The notes under the pieces were generated by a model, which worked only from the letters and a program-made list of their open reading frames with translations, did not search any database and had not been told where the DNA came from. From Asterias rubens (Eukaryota), in assembly GCF_902459465.1 (NCBI RefSeq), contig NC_047067.1:19840001-19904000 (forward strand): 64,000 bases of DNA, given 5' to 3'. The first letter of the stretch is position 1. Each line of letters begins with the position of its first letter. Shown here one piece after another: positions 36,801 to 50,112 of this stretch. The translations under genes were made by a program, and so were the position numbers.

Positions 36801-37046
36801 GGCCTAACTTTATAAAGCCTGTAATCACAACATCTTGCTAAACACAGAATAGAATTGCTTAGCAGAAAATATTACCAGCCAAAATAACAAGAACTTTGCA
36901 TTGTTGTGGCTGGTGCCCTACTCATTTTTGGCTTGGCAAAGAACTTATTGCAGTTTACTTTGCTTTTGGTAACTTCGAATGACACTCGTTTTATATATTA
37001 AACTTGTTGTAGTTTGCTTATGCATTTATGTCCTGAAATGGTTCCT
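36801..37046. mobile_element. GGCCCAATTTCA-type MITE, degenerate (right boundary approximate)
   Basis: ctg|GGCCTAACTTTATAAAGCCTGTAA left end and family internal motifs (ttgcttagcagaaaatattaccagccaaa). Confidence 0.5.
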
Positions 37047-38546
37047 TTATTTCTAAAAATGTATTAATAAATTGGCTAAAATTAATTACCTGTTATGGAA
37101 TAATTAAGTCAATAAGCCATTTGAGTGTTAATTTGAATATTGTCTGGTACAAACCTTATAGTGTTGTAGCATTGTGTCCGCCATTTCTCAAAAAGGCTAA
37201 TGGTTTGCCCATCTGGAGGTTGCTATACAAAAGCTTTGCCAAAACCATTTGACCATAGCAATTACCTCTATAGTCTGAGGAACTAAAATGTAAGCGGTGC
37301 CTTGTGACTCAACAAGTCAATGTACCAGACACTATTCAAATCTGACTCGGAAATGCCTTCTTGAATTGAAAGAATTGACAGCTTTTTAGACACTCATAAA
37401 TGACTTTCAACTGTCACCATGAGTGAGTGACCACTGCAGAGCACCATGTTTGGCCCATCAGGTCAAAGGTCATCTTCCTTTGAAAGCCTCAAAGCAGATA
37501 GTATTGTACTTATTGAGGTCTGCGGGTCTCAAACTGTGTACTCTTTAACCCAGCAGATAAAGAAAGACAAAGAAAACACTCTGGACATAATCTTCAGACC
37601 GCTTAAAAGTTGCACCATTTTTATGATAAATGAAGTTGAGGAACTCGGTCATTTATCATCCATTGTGAATTGCTGTCAGTAATTAGTGACCAACAGTCCT
37701 AGTTATCCGAGTCTGAAGTGAGAAAAAAAACCAAACCCACCAAACATTCCTGAGCTTTTGCAACTTCACCCAGTAGGAGAATTAGTTTCATAAACTAAAC
37801 ATCCAGGAATATTTATAAACCAAGATAATTAATTATACAGGAGAAATCTTGTTTAGAGTTATGGGGAGGGTCCTATTAGACAACGAAGGCAACTCCCAAC
37901 CAGTAATATTAACAGCTCACTCAAGGACTCAGTCTTGTCCCATTAAAGGGGAAGCCCTGTAACTAAAGGCCAGAAATATTGATTTGGATGCCTAGGTCTT
38001 CCTTTGCTGGATCAAACACAAAAAGCCCGACATCACTTCAAAACTTTGAGAAGCAGGGAAAAACACACAAAAGGCTCGGAATGTCCGTCAATTGTTTTGT
38101 GCTTGTTCACGCTATTGATCTGTTAGGCTGAGAAAAATTTACCTTACTCTGACACAATAGCTGGAGTCTGCTGCGCTGAAAGGGGGATTTAAAGCCCCCT
38201 TCCTCTATCCTTGCGCTGGCATTTTTTCATTTTCAAACTTTCTGGTTGGTAAATGGGGATTTGAAATTCTCTAACGGTTCTCTGACATCAATACTGGATG
38301 AGTTGGTGATGGTGCACCCAATCATGGTTTTCTGCTACATTAGGTTATGGCGAGACCAAACTTTTTTTCAAAAACACTATTGATTTTAGAGATGGCTTGT
38401 CTTTCGGAACAGACTCTGCAAAAAATTTAGCTCATTATTTTTGCAGGAATAAGCTGGTTTTGATAGGTAGAGATGGGCTGGGTGGGAAATAGGCATAAAG
38501 GCGATTCTAAAACGCATCAGGGAGAAGGGAGAAGAGTGTTTACCTG

Positions 38547-38603
38547 AAGCCCTTTCACACTACTCTTTTCCCAGGTGGGGGCAACGACAAGCCCTTTCAC
38601 ACT
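38547..38603. mobile_element. terminal fragment (doubled TIR) of an AAGCCCTTTTCACAC-type MITE
   Basis: AAGCCCTTTCACACT occurs at 38547 and 38589; reverse complement of the right end of 43467-43677. Confidence 0.6.
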
Positions 38604-38689
38604 TTTCAAACAAAGTTAACTTAGGCAGAGTTACTTGAGATACAAAACAATTACTACAACTGATTCTTCCAGTTTTCCAGCAACTGAAA

Positions 38690-38818
38690 TACATCTCTAG
38701 AAACCACCAGGTTTTAGTGTTCTTGTATTAAAAGTTTAAATTTTTCACTCATAAAAAAAAAGAAGCAAAAAATACTTAATGCCCTGACGTTTCGACCCTA
38801 GCAGAGTCTTTCTTTTCA
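38690..38818 (-). mobile_element. Penelope-like terminal fragment (GAC...GTCGAAACGTC type) lacking the CUGANGA core
   Basis: Minus strand: AAAGACTCTGCTAGGGTCGAAACGTCAGGG, a small hairpin plus GAAAC-GTC. The PLE assignment is by resemblance only. Confidence 0.4.
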
Positions 38819-39439
38819 TAAAAAAAAACTAATATAGATGAGCGTTGGCCTAATCAAACGATTTGGCCAAAGATTATCAAATAAGCTCTAGTAGCTAAAC
38901 AAAATCCCAAAAAGTTAAAAATGGAGGATTTTGGTAAAGCGAACCGTCCTTGTCTTTGGTAATTGCAATGGTGTGTACACATAACGCCTTTTCAGATGCC
39001 TCAGAAAACTTCTTAATAATGATGACACCTCAGCATTGATTGGTGACTTCGATCGGTGGAGATGCAAATGGTTAAATCATAGGGAAAGAGACATTAGCCT
39101 CATATCATAATCTAACGATCGATGTCGACTTTTCTGGGGTGTCCCCCCGGGCAGTGCCGAGTACCATACCATCATTTACATTACATAATATCAGATCAAT
39201 AGAAAGGGAGAGAGAGGGATATCCAGGGGTGGGGGTACCTAGGATGCATGCCAGCATTCGATAGTACGTAGTCCGTACATAGAAAGTTGTTGGACTTTGG
39301 AACTTTTATAACAAAGTCTATGAAGAGTTAGAAAAGCTCAATGTTGATTGGACAAACCACAAGAAGACGTGGTCCAATTAAACTCCACATTCTCCTTTGG
39401 TAATAATTCTATAACCTTAAATCAATTGTGCTTTTTTGC

Positions 39440-39748
39440 TTTTTCTATTCCCAGGGGGCAACCATGGGAATAACGGTCCCCACCCCGATCTACCCAACAA
39501 ATGGGCTTACCCCAGGGAAATGGACACCCATGGCCCGGAGTAGGGGTAAGCGGTAAAACCCTGGGGTATTCTTGACTCGTGCAACTGGAACCCCATGGAA
39601 TAGGGACCTAGGCAGGGACAGTGAGAAAGTGAATAGGGGTAACCATGGGGTAAAGTGAATAGGGGTAACCATGGGGTAAAGTACATGTTACTCCTGGGGC
39701 TTCCCCTGGGTCGTATTCCACGGGGATAAGAGATGTCAAAAAGGCTTT
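39440..39748. mobile_element. AAGCCCTTTTCACAC-type MITE, reverse orientation, with internal 26-bp tandem duplication (39626-39682)
   Basis: Reverse homology to 48698-48962 (ccccgatctaccca; ggggataagagat); unit aaagtgaataggggtaaccatggggt x2.2. Confidence 0.6.
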
Positions 39749-41824
39749 AAAGAAGAAAATAAAAAGAGAACAAAAGAAGATAAAATAACGATATTTTGAC
39801 GGACATCTACCTTCCCTCCAAATAGAAGTATAGCAAGCAAGGTTAGAAAGCCTCCCTATAACTTACGACTAATCCCTTAGAATTACCAAGACAACTTGCA
39901 TGTCAAAAAAGAAACCTAATTTAGTTTCCTTTTGGAATGTAGATAATTAGGTTGATCAATAATCCCATACTCTGCCCAATTGGACCAGCAACATTACGGC
40001 AGTGGTAGACATTGTGTTTTTAGCCTTTCACAGCATTGATCATTTTTGTTGCTGCATAATCCTTATTGAACTGCCAAGGTTGTACAATTAGCGCTCAGGG
40101 TTTGTCTCTGGGTTATCCTCGGTCAGGTTAGAAAGTTTGCTACTTAATTATTTAAAAATATCTGCAGCGAGGGGGAGGTTTTTTAAGGTTGCCTTTGAGA
40201 AACTGGGGACCACAAAATCATTAATATTTCTTTACGGTGACAACTGAGGGTTATTGTGTCACAATGCGAGACGGCTGGGGGCAACTGAAGAGATCGACAC
40301 AACTCCCAAAAAGGTCTTCAGGGTATTTATTTACTTTTTTTCAAATCCTTGTGGCTAATCATTTATGCTATAATCCAAAACAAATGGAAGTGATCGATGT
40401 GCTATATTTGACAGTGTGAAAGGGTACACCCTCTAAAAGCTTACGGGGTAGGACTTTCAGAAATACCTTGCGTCAAATAAGAGTGGCATATTGACTCTCA
40501 AGTAAAACTTTAAGCCCTGCCCATCCATAGAAACAGCTTAGCAACACTGAGAGAAATGTTTGCACTACGCCCCTTGATCAATGAGCCTGTGGGACATGAG
40601 ACACCAAAAATTGTAACGGCAGCCGCCTGTTAACATTCTGAAATTAACATATTGGGCTTCGGGCCAATATGAGACTCTGATTGGTCAATGGTGCCCGACT
40701 CAATTTTTGCAAAGAGCAAAGAAATTTGTCAAGCAGAATTTTCTGCTAAACACCTTTATGAAATCGAGTCCAGGAAACCAGATTGTACATGCGACTTTGG
40801 CTGGTAACCTTATTACTGGTAAACACAATTTTATTGTGCTTAGCTCCTTTTTGTGCAAAAAGAAGATTTATGATATTGCACCACGACAGCTGGTTTAGGT
40901 TAGGAGGGTGAGGTGGTGGTGTTATGACAAACACAGCAAAAGGAGAAAGGCTAAAGCAACATTTACAAGTTCCCAAATATTATGAGAATATCTGGTTATT
41001 TAACATGTGCTGAAAACCCCAACTCATCCCCCATCCCCGATTAAAAAACATTTGTGCTTGAAGGGATAGACCCTCCAAAACACCCACGAACAAAATCCCC
41101 TTCCTCCAACTTTAAGATTAAGAGACAATACCAGAGTTACCAATACTAAAAAGAGACCCACACTTGTAGGATGCCCCTCTTCTCATCACTAGAACCCTCA
41201 ATGGGGCTTAAAATTATTGAAGGAAATCTTGCCTCGAGATGAAGGGCTACAAAAGTTCCTTAGAGAGGAGGACATGGGCCCCAACAAAGAGAGCGCAAAT
41301 AAGGTTTAACAGCCTTTATAGGTCGGCAGTATAGTTAAGTTAATTCCAAGAGTTAATGCTATTGTCTGATCTCCCAAAGGGTGTCATCGCACAATAATAA
41401 GGACGAGTAACTATGTGTTGAGGCATGCGTGAGGTTGTCAAATGACTTGATGAGGGCAGCAAACTCTTTGATGTCTCAACATAAAACTCTTTTGAAGGTG
41501 TTTGGAAGAACAAAGAGTGCGGAGAAATGGCTTTAGTTTTTAGGTGAGGTTTGCAGTTGCAGCATGTGAGAATCTTGTTTGAGTAGTGTTTTCTTCTGAA
41601 AAGAACCAAAGATTGAAAATTCAATGTTTCCATCAGTATGCTCTGATCATCCTCAGGAGCTTTAGTTGGCTTTTGCTGACCCAAGGAAGTATCTTCCTGA
41701 TGCCCTTTGGCTTCAACACTACAGTTGAAAAATTAAAAAAGCAGTTAAAATTGTCACAACGTTCACAAAGATCTACAAAATTGTCCACACTCGAGCTCCC
41801 TCTTATCTAGTTAAGTTTGGTACA

Positions 41825-42270
41825 CTACATAAGGACACGTCCTGTCCCGTCCTGGATGTACACATACATGGACTCCGCTCTTCTTCAGACTTGACTTGGC
41901 GTTCCATTCGTAGATCCAAAAGAAAAGCTGAGAACAGCGAGCCTCTGCATTTGCTGCACTGCGCTTGTGGAACGTGCTACCAACAAGTCTGAGAGAAGCT
42001 GCGTCATTGGCTGTGTTTAAACGCCCTCTCAAAACACTTATGTTCTCAAAAGCGTCCTAACTTGCCCCTCATTTTGTTTTTGTCTTGGCAAGTCATCGGA
42101 TCGTTGTCTGAAATTTGTATTCTGCTGAGCAATAGTTTAGCAAACTTGTGTCCCAAGCAGCTCTGCTCCCATACAAAAAAATCCCCCCCAAAAACCCCAA
42201 TTTCTTGAAATCGAAATAGAGTAGACACGGCTTTCGTACATGTCAAAAAATGCGCTTAACAAGTGATCGT
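41825..42270 (+). mobile_element. 5'-truncated L2/CR1-group LINE 3' end (ORF2 C-terminus plus 3' UTR), frameshifted
   Basis: 41938-42060 translates RASAFAALRLWNVLPTSLREAASLAVFKRPLKTLMFSKAS*, preceded one frame off by GLRSSSD. This is the classic L2/CR1 ORF2 tail (RAFS.AAP.LWN.LP..LR...SL..FK..LKT.LF). A possible terminal ATGCGCTTAACAAGT lies near 42250. Confidence 0.8.
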
Positions 42271-42304
42271 TAGTTTCACTCCTTGTCGAGTAAGATTGAA
42301 AAAG

Positions 42305-42565
42305 ATGGGACCTCACTAAAAAAAAAACTGCTTCATCATGCACATGCATTTTGTAGTAACTCTGATCTTTCATCTCTTTCCCAAGAAGGCATCATCCTTT
42401 GAGAATAGTTCTCCATTTTCACTGAGAAAGATAGGGGCATTATTAGGACCTCATTAAAAAACTGCTTTATCAAGGCAGATGAAAGTTATCTTGTAGTAAC
42501 TCTGTATCTTTCTTCTCACTGAAGAAAGCATCTTCCTTTGAGAATAAGTATCTGTATTCACAGGA
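42305..42565. repeat. ~138-bp degenerate tandem duplication
   Basis: GGACCTCA.TAAAAAA..CTGCTT, TTGTAGTAACTCTG and CCTTTGAGAATA each occur twice. Confidence 0.75.
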
Positions 42566-42689
42566 CATAATTATTTGCTGAATTACATGACTCTAGGCAC
42601 CATGACTAAACTTCATTAAGCTCATCCGACAAATGAGCATAGCCCCTCTGATCAGAGGGTTCGTATTTGCAAACATTCTTCAAGAAACT

Positions 42690-42950
42690 CCAATACGGTG
42701 AATGATGAGGTCAATGCAAATCTACTTAGGGACTTTCTTCAGAGGAACAACATTCTTCGACTACTCATCCTTATACCATCTCATTGATCGTGGCTTATCC
42801 CTGTGGGATGTAGAGACAGGATACAAGACAGATTACAGGATTAAGGGGATTAATTAGGCAAACTTCAGTCTCTTCACATGATGCTTCAAGATGCATCCAT
42901 CCTCTGAGTTAAGAATACGTGCTTCTCACGTCATTGGAAGTGCTTAGTGT
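42690..42950 (+). pseudogene. possible decayed LINE AP-endonuclease fragment
   Basis: Reads NANLLRDFLQRNNI..H*SWLIPVG, then DY in a shifted frame; resembles N.NG..L..FL..NNL / H..TW..P.G..QIDY. Several stops and frameshifts. Confidence 0.3.
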
Positions 42951-43466
42951 AAAAGCATACACATGGTTTAACGGGCCATTATTGTGCGCATTTTGTACAG
43001 AGCCTTTTCTTTAAGGGAAAGTGTTAATAACCACATCCATTCTGATTTGTTGGGGTACAAATTGGGTTGGTGCATACTTGGAAATCTCTTAATCTTAAGA
43101 AAGAGGGGCTCAATTGGAAGGACTTGAACCGATAACGAAGAGAAGCAAACAGAAAGGAAGAAGGAAAAGTGGTACAAGTTGAGATGTATGGACCCTTTTA
43201 ATACTAGAGTGAATAGGTGGGAGTGACATCTTCTAGTAATTATCACAGGAGATTCAAAACAAACTTAGCCCCCACCCTCCACCATCTCTAGGAAACAGCA
43301 AACTATGGCTCTGCATGCTATTCCTCCATGGGAATTCTAAGTGCCTATAGAAGGTTAAGGAAAATCCCATTCTGCAACACTGGTGAAAACACTGTGTGGA
43401 CATATGTAAGTCCACAAAGTTTTTAAAAAACATGCCTTATGTGGCCCTGTGTATTTTGTTTTTATC

Positions 43467-43677
43467 CCACCTTCACACTGTGTCCCTATTTCACAGGTTC
43501 CGGTTGCATGTTCCAAGAATACCCCAGTGTTTCACCGCCTACCCCTACTCTGGAGCAGGGGTGGCTATTCCCTGGGATATGAACATTTGCTGGGGCAGAC
43601 AAGGTGTAAAGCAATCATGGTGTGAAAAGGCCAGGCATTATTCAACCCTGGGGAAAAGAGTAGTGTGAAAAGGGCTT
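43467..43677. mobile_element. AAGCCCTTTTCACAC-type MITE copy
   Basis: Shares ctccagagcaggggtggcta-like internal sequence with the 48.7 kb copy, and has two right ends (GTGTGAAAAGGCC ~43620, GTGTGAAAAGGGCTT to 43677). Confidence 0.65.
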
Positions 43678-44209
43678 TTGTATGTAATGATTACCCACAC
43701 AAAATATGAGCACAAGAAGGGTCTTAATCACATGATGCTGGCGTGGCGTCTACATATTTGCAGCTAATCGCCACAGCATTGCATGTAATCCACTGACATT
43801 AGTCAAACGTTTTCAGACTCTGTGCACTTTAGCAACCTTATTATTAATATTCCATTTCCCTTCCGTGAATCGCACATTTTCACCTTTTTTGTTGTTGAAA
43901 GCTTCCAAGTGTAATCAAGCCGTGGGAATCGCAGATAAGGGACACTTCATGAGTTTACCACATGGCATAGATATCTAAAATTAGGCTGAAATTTTAATCA
44001 TTGGTCGATGGAAGACGAGGCTTCATGTTAAAGAAGTTGTGGAACAAAACAGCCACTGTTCATACACCTGAGGGATAATTTCCCAAAGAAAATGAAACCA
44101 AGTTTGCTCCGAATGATAAAGTGATCAACAGAGTACACAAAACCCCACCCTAGCCAAACGCACAGTCTTTGCACTATTTGAGGGAACAAAAATCAAGAAA
44201 TGTTCATAT

Positions 44210-44362
44210 AAGCAGCTGTTTGGTTGAATAGGTAACTATGATAAAGTGCCTTACTCAAGGACACAAGTGTCGCGACTGACCAGGCCAGGATTCGAACCCA
44301 CTATCAGAATACTGCGATCTTGAGTCAAGCGCCCTAGGCTACACCTTTCGGCCAAGACACCC
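44210..44362 (-). mobile_element. tRNA(Leu-CAA-like)-derived SINE
   Basis: Minus strand: A box TGGCCGAAAGG, gcgcttgacTCAAGatc anticodon-arm remnant, perfect B box GGTTCGAATCC, then GTGTCCTTGAGTAAGGCACTTTA, a common SINE2 body motif. No acceptor-stem 3' strand. Confidence 0.75.
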
Positions 44363-45454
44363 CACCTGGTGATCAAAGGCCAGTTCAAAGCTAACTTTTA
44401 AAAACAGGAATGCTCTCATCATAGAAAAAGGTCTTCCCTGCCAGCAAAACTGCTTCAAGTTAAAAAAAGGGAAAATATTTATTATCCAATAAGCACATTG
44501 CAGTAGTCCCACTCTCAACTCAGGCACTAGTGCATTGTTGCAAAATGCATTGAAAATTTGTTTTTACAGTGACATTCCTAACATGTGACTTTTCAGAGAC
44601 TTTTTTTTCAATTGGCTAAATAAGAGTAATAAGGGTTATTAAATTAAAAAAAACTGTATCTTCTAGTATGTAACTTTATTGTCATCTATTAAGTGGGTAA
44701 AAACGGGAGAAAACAAAAATTATAGATTAAGAAAGCTAAATAGAGAAAATGAAAAGTGGGTCAGTATAGTAAGCAGGTCAGGTATTCCAGTCTTAAGACC
44801 TGCGAACTAACGAAGGCCACACTAACGACTGTCCAACCAAAGATTCCTAAATGTCTTGCATGAGAAGACATTGACACTGACAAACAGACAGACAGACAAA
44901 CAAGAGACAAACGAAACACTGCATGATAGAAACACAAGAAACCAGACGACCCTGATGGATTTTTTTTTATTACTGTTTTTCCTTCTATTTTTCACCTGCC
45001 TGATCTAGTTTTCAATATCACCCACACAAAACAAACAACAACTGCCGTAAAAATAATTTCAACTCAACACAAATATTAAGTTTGCAATTTTTTTTAGCCA
45101 GAAGGCTTCTTTGATAGTTTCAGCGAAGTGTGTACACTTTATACCTCCCGCTGCTCTGGCAACAAGAGTCTATCACACCTTGTGTGGTAGACTTCTATTA
45201 TCTTTATACTATGGTGGAATTCTGTTGGGTTAGCTACAGCTGGATCACTAACCTTTATACAGTCTACTCCCAAACTGCAGACAAATACTTTTAGGTGTAT
45301 TATTCTCTTTGTCAAGGCCCCTAGTGCATGAAGTACAGTATTTCCAGTGATGACGTTGCATGTATGAGGTTTTTTTCCCCTGACATGACCAGTAGACAAA
45401 TTTGATAAACCAAAGGCATTAAATTACCTCACGGCACCCACAGCAATTGCCCTT

Positions 45455-45836
45455 GTGCCCTGTGCTTTTGCTGTGGTGCCCTAAGCAAGGTTCGGTTACA
45501 AATTTACATTTTCCTCATAGAAGTGCCCCTTACCGAAGGGAAATTCTTGAGGTCCCCTGTACTTTTGCTTTGGTGCCCTAAGCAAGGTTCCAATACAAAT
45601 TTACATTTTCCTCATAGAAGTGCCCCTTACCGAAGGGAAATTATTGAGGTGCCCTGTACTTTTGCTTTGGTGCCCTAAGCAAGGTTCCAATACAAATTTA
45701 CATTTTCCTCATAGAAGTGCCCCTTACCGAAGGGAAATTCTTGAGGTGCCCTGTACTTTTGCTTTGGTGCCCTAAGCAAGGTTCCAATACAAATTTACAT
45801 TTTCCTCATAGAAATGCCCCTTACCAGAGGGAAATT
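45455..45836. repeat. 97-bp tandem repeat, ~4 near-identical copies, derived from the GTGCCC MITE body
   Basis: GTGCCCTAAGCAAGG recurs at 45476, 45573, 45670 and 45767 (period 97). Confidence 0.95.
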
Positions 45837-47420
45837 GCTGCAAACCTTCAAGAGCAAAGACACTTTAAAGAAATTGTGTTCTTCCGATCAGAGTGAGTTT
45901 ACGACACGCAATGAAAGAATGAGTTAAGAACCAAGTAATGTTGAACCCATCTAAATTCTAAATGAAACATGTTTTGCCACAAACCACAAGAAATGGTTTC
46001 ATGAAATTGACTTCCAGAATGTTGTGGTAACATAAACTAGTTCAGACAATGTTTCCAAGGTTGGGAGGAGGGGGGGGGAGTACCTGACTCAATAATCTTG
46101 AATACAAATCCACTAACAAGTACAGGGCAATTATGTGACCCACTTTTGTATAAGATTAATTATTCAATAAAAACATACTCAATATCCTATGTCCAAAATA
46201 TCAAATAAGGTTTATAACCATTAGGATAATAATATGACAATATTTGCATGTGGTTTGACTACACTTCAAGATACTTAGCCCTGATTCAAGTTTCCTTGAT
46301 GGACTTTTGTTTCCAACAAACCACTACTACTTCCTCTGGAAAACCGCAAATAAAAAGATATCCAGAATGCCTCGCCAAAAAAATCTTGGAAAAGTAAAAG
46401 GTTCCCCCCAGGAAGGTCCGATCACAAAGCTGAGAACGCGGCTCCAGAACCCTTAATTTGACACCACCATTTCAATTCCGAGCGATTACTCTCCTGGCTG
46501 GAGCCTGTCGCCGGCTCTGAATTTATTTTTTTGTGACCAGCACGACCGAGTGAACTTCCCCTTTTCAATTTTCGTTGCATGACCCTTTCAAGTTCACATA
46601 ACCGTGATACCCTTACTATAGTAACAAGCCTTCAAACCCTGCAGACATATTTTGTGGTTTAATAGGCAACTTAGAGGGTTAAGGATCGAAGTGGGTGTTC
46701 AAGCCCTCTGCACATTCTTACAGATCTACGAGGTTGAAAGTTTTTCATGGGATGTGATTGAATGTTTCCTGAAGTGAAAGCAGTTTCGTTGTTTAGCTTT
46801 TTACTTTCCTTTTTTTTGAGGATGAAGGAATGATATAAAGGTGGGACTTTTCTCAACTGTAAGAAGGTTGATGTTCTAAACTTTCAATGGGAAACCAACA
46901 GAAGGAATGTGTACCTAAGAAATGTGTGAAACAACCACAAAGTTTAGCCGTTGGCAGGCACCTCCTTTCAAATTCCAACCATCGATTCTAAATTGTGAAG
47001 GAAGTCCAGTAGTATTTTGACGATGGAGACATAAGAGTCGATGCATTAATATGAAAAGGAAAGGCAGGTAGCTTAGCAGCGACTGATTGTATAATTTAAT
47101 TGAAAAGAACATCCTTCCAAAGAAATAAAGTGTTTTAATAGATGTTAAATTTGCATCAGGGATAAAGAATGTTATTTAGATTCACCCTTACACTAAAGGG
47201 TGTCTTAGCACATCCTCAGTACTTTCCCATAGTTCTATGAAGAAGAAAAATGGTTTTGTTGGTAACTCAATATGAAATTTTAGATTGTTTCATGTAGCTC
47301 TATGCCCAAACATGACAGGTTCATCATATAAAATACTTTATGAAATCATTAATTTCAGAGGATAAAACTCTCTTTGCCAGTTTAAAACAAGTTTGACAGA
47401 TTTGGAATGATTAATTATAG

Positions 47421-47849
47421 GGCCCAATATTAGGCAGACTGCATATGCTTAAAGACTTTCTGCTAAGCAAAAAAAGTAATGAAACCAATTTCAGACAGTG
47501 TCTATGACATATATGGTAATTTGGCTACATGTAGTAACCTTTATCTAGTAAGCACAATTTGATTGTGCTTATTAGTTTTTGTGCTTTATTAGCAACTCTA
47601 TAGAAATTGGGCCCACTTCATAGAACTGTGCAGAACATGCTTGGCAAATTCCCTGGGCACAGGGATTAATTTCATTGAGTTACTTAAGCAGAAAATTTTG
47701 CTTAGCAATTTCCTGTTAAGCAAGTAGGATACCAGTCAAATATTTTAAATGTGACATTGTGTTTTTGGCTGGTAACCTTGAGCTGTTCAGCATGTGCTTA
47801 GCTATATATACTCTTTGTGCTATTAAATGCAGCTCTTTGAAATTGGGTC
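47421..47849. mobile_element. two adjacent GGCCCAATTTCA-type MITEs (47421-47613 and 47663-47849)
   Basis: GGCCCAATAT...GAAATTGGGCC, then cag|GGATTAATTTCAT...TGAAATTGGGTC; both carry family internal motifs. Confidence 0.7.
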
Positions 47850-48697
47850 CGATCTGTATCATTTTTTTTTCTTCATGTTAGCAGATTTGACGGTTAGAAC
47901 ATGTAGCTTTTCAACTACAAGAGTCCCCCCTTCACCCAAGGTTATGTTGTGCATGATTTGAATGCTTTCCCCAGCGGTTCCATGAACCTTAGTGAACTTC
48001 ATAAAGATGAATAGGTCAATCCGTGGCAGACTGTAAGCTATGCCTCTAGGCCCCTCGCAATCATTTGTCACAAAGTGGTTGCAGGGAACGAGAGAAGAAA
48101 AAAAAATCAGGGAAAAAAATCCTCCGAATACCTGAAAAGTACAGAGCATCTATGGGAAAATTGACTTGCACTTGAGTTCACATGACTTGCCTCTATTGGA
48201 ATCTTGAACTTTTGGGCTGGGACGTAATTTATGGTTGTCTTTGTCGTTTTGGCACCCCCTAAACACGTTGCCATAAATTTTCACTGTAAAACTCTTTGCT
48301 CGGGCTGTGATTTCATATCACTTTTGTGGAAGTATGGAATATGTTTTCATTTTTTTTAATTTTTTATAAAGTTTTTGTTGGGGGGGGGGGGGTTAGGAAA
48401 CGGAAACGAGATGAAATATTTCCCCCTTTTGATCTGAATGGCTCTCTGTTTTATAAGTTCCTAATTTATGGACAATGGTGACACCACTTGACAATTTCAA
48501 AGCCAACTTCTCAACAAGAGTCTGAGTAAGTATGCAGAGTAGACTAATGATCGATCATCAGATTTGTATAAATATCCATTCCTATAAGACAACCGGCAAA
48601 CTGAACAGAAAGAGGTTTAGCTTTGCCTTCCAATAACCTTGATAAAGCGCTGCACATGTACTTGATGCATTCCCAGTCCTGCAGAAACAACTCACTC

Positions 48698-48962
48698 AAA
48701 CCCTTTTCACACTGTATCTCTTATCCCCGGGGAATACAGCCCTGGGGATTAGGCCCTATGAGTTGTTGAACCCCACCGTTATCCCTGCGAGGTCCCTAGG
48801 GGTTCAGTTCCAGGTTTCAACTCCAGAGCAGGGGTGGCTATAATTCCCCAGGGTATGCTCATGTGCCTGGGTAGATCGGGGGTAAAGCAGTCCAAGTGTG
48901 AAAGGGCTGGCTGTTATCTCCGGGGGTTGCCCTCGGTGAATGGAGAAGTGTGAAAAGGGCTT
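48698..48962. mobile_element. AAGCCCTTTTCACAC-type MITE (Harbinger-like) with doubled right TIR
   Basis: AAACCCTTTTCACACTG ... GTGTGAAAGGGCT (~48897-48908) ... AGTGTGAAAAGGGCTT (to 48962). Confidence 0.7.
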
Positions 48963-50112
48963 GAGTTTGGGTTGAATCTGTTTCCCCTTTCATATTCTAC
49001 AGCAAATGTATACAATTCAAGTCCGATACAGGTATATACCTCCGGATTATCAAGTATGTAAATTGCTAAACATTTATCATACATCAGAGGTAAACATTTC
49101 TTGCCCCCTACCGAGTCCTCTCCCAACACAAACACAAATGATTTCCTACCTAACCATATAAGCTTTTAAGTAGACAACCTTTTCAATATAGCATTTAAAA
49201 AGGAAAGCTAATTGCAGTGTTTACTCATTTTTTTATATTATTGAAAACTTCTTTGAAATCAAATAACTCCTGCAATTTCTGAGAGCTGCATTTTTGACAG
49301 TTGACCTGGTTCAACTTCATAATCTTTATCATCAATTTGTACAATGAAAAAAATCACAAATGCTTATAATTCAAAATACTGCAGTGGTGGTCGTTTTTAT
49401 TGTTAAGTGTTTTTTCTTCTTTCTTTCTTCACATACAACCAAAACACCCCTCCTGTGTCACATCGATTTACGTACATAATCCAAAATCAGTCTGTATTGA
49501 AAAAAAAATCTATTGTGAACTCTTGAAAAGTTCAGAAATATTTAGTGCTGCTCATAAAGAATATGATGTCAGTATGGTGTGGTTGTTACGAGAATGGACA
49601 TTTTTTATGAAGACCCAGGGAGGCCACAGAGTCAAGTTCCTTGGTCTAGACACTCTGAGAGATCTTTAAAGGGTCTTTAAATGTTTGGTAATGACAATAA
49701 AACCTTACTTGGTAAGAAGTACAGCAGCTTTGGTTAGTATAATGCATTTAGCTGGAGCTGACTTTGTGTAAAATGGGCATACATCACATGAACCCACAGC
49801 AGTGAGAGCAGGGACTGATTTTGTAGAGCTGTTTATCAGCACAAAAAAAAACATTGCAAAAAACAATATTTTGCTTTGCAAAAATCATCAGGATACCAGT
49901 CACAGATGATAACCTTATCCTGGTAAGCATGATCATGTTGTGCTTTGCTACTTTTTGTGAAAATGAAATTTGCCCCATGGTTACTGCTTCTGTCAGGGCA
50001 CCAGCGGTCACTGATATTTTGTACAATGGATTTTTGTAGTGGGGCCGGGTAATTTTTCATAGAGCAAGGTTTTATGACAATGAATTCAATACTTACAACA
50101 AACTGACTGTAA

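Noticed and set aside
39020-39110. ALIGDFD as a LINE endonuclease GDFN motif
   Set aside because: A single short imperfect motif with no supporting neighbours; too weak to call.
44280-44362. Functional tRNA-Leu gene (likewise the tRNA-like core at 50927-50995)
   Set aside because: The stems do not close into a cloverleaf, and the 3' side runs into repeat body rather than an acceptor stem and T-run terminator.
45455-45836. CRISPR-like array
   Set aside because: Whole 97-bp units repeat with no unique spacers, in a eukaryotic context, with no cas genes.
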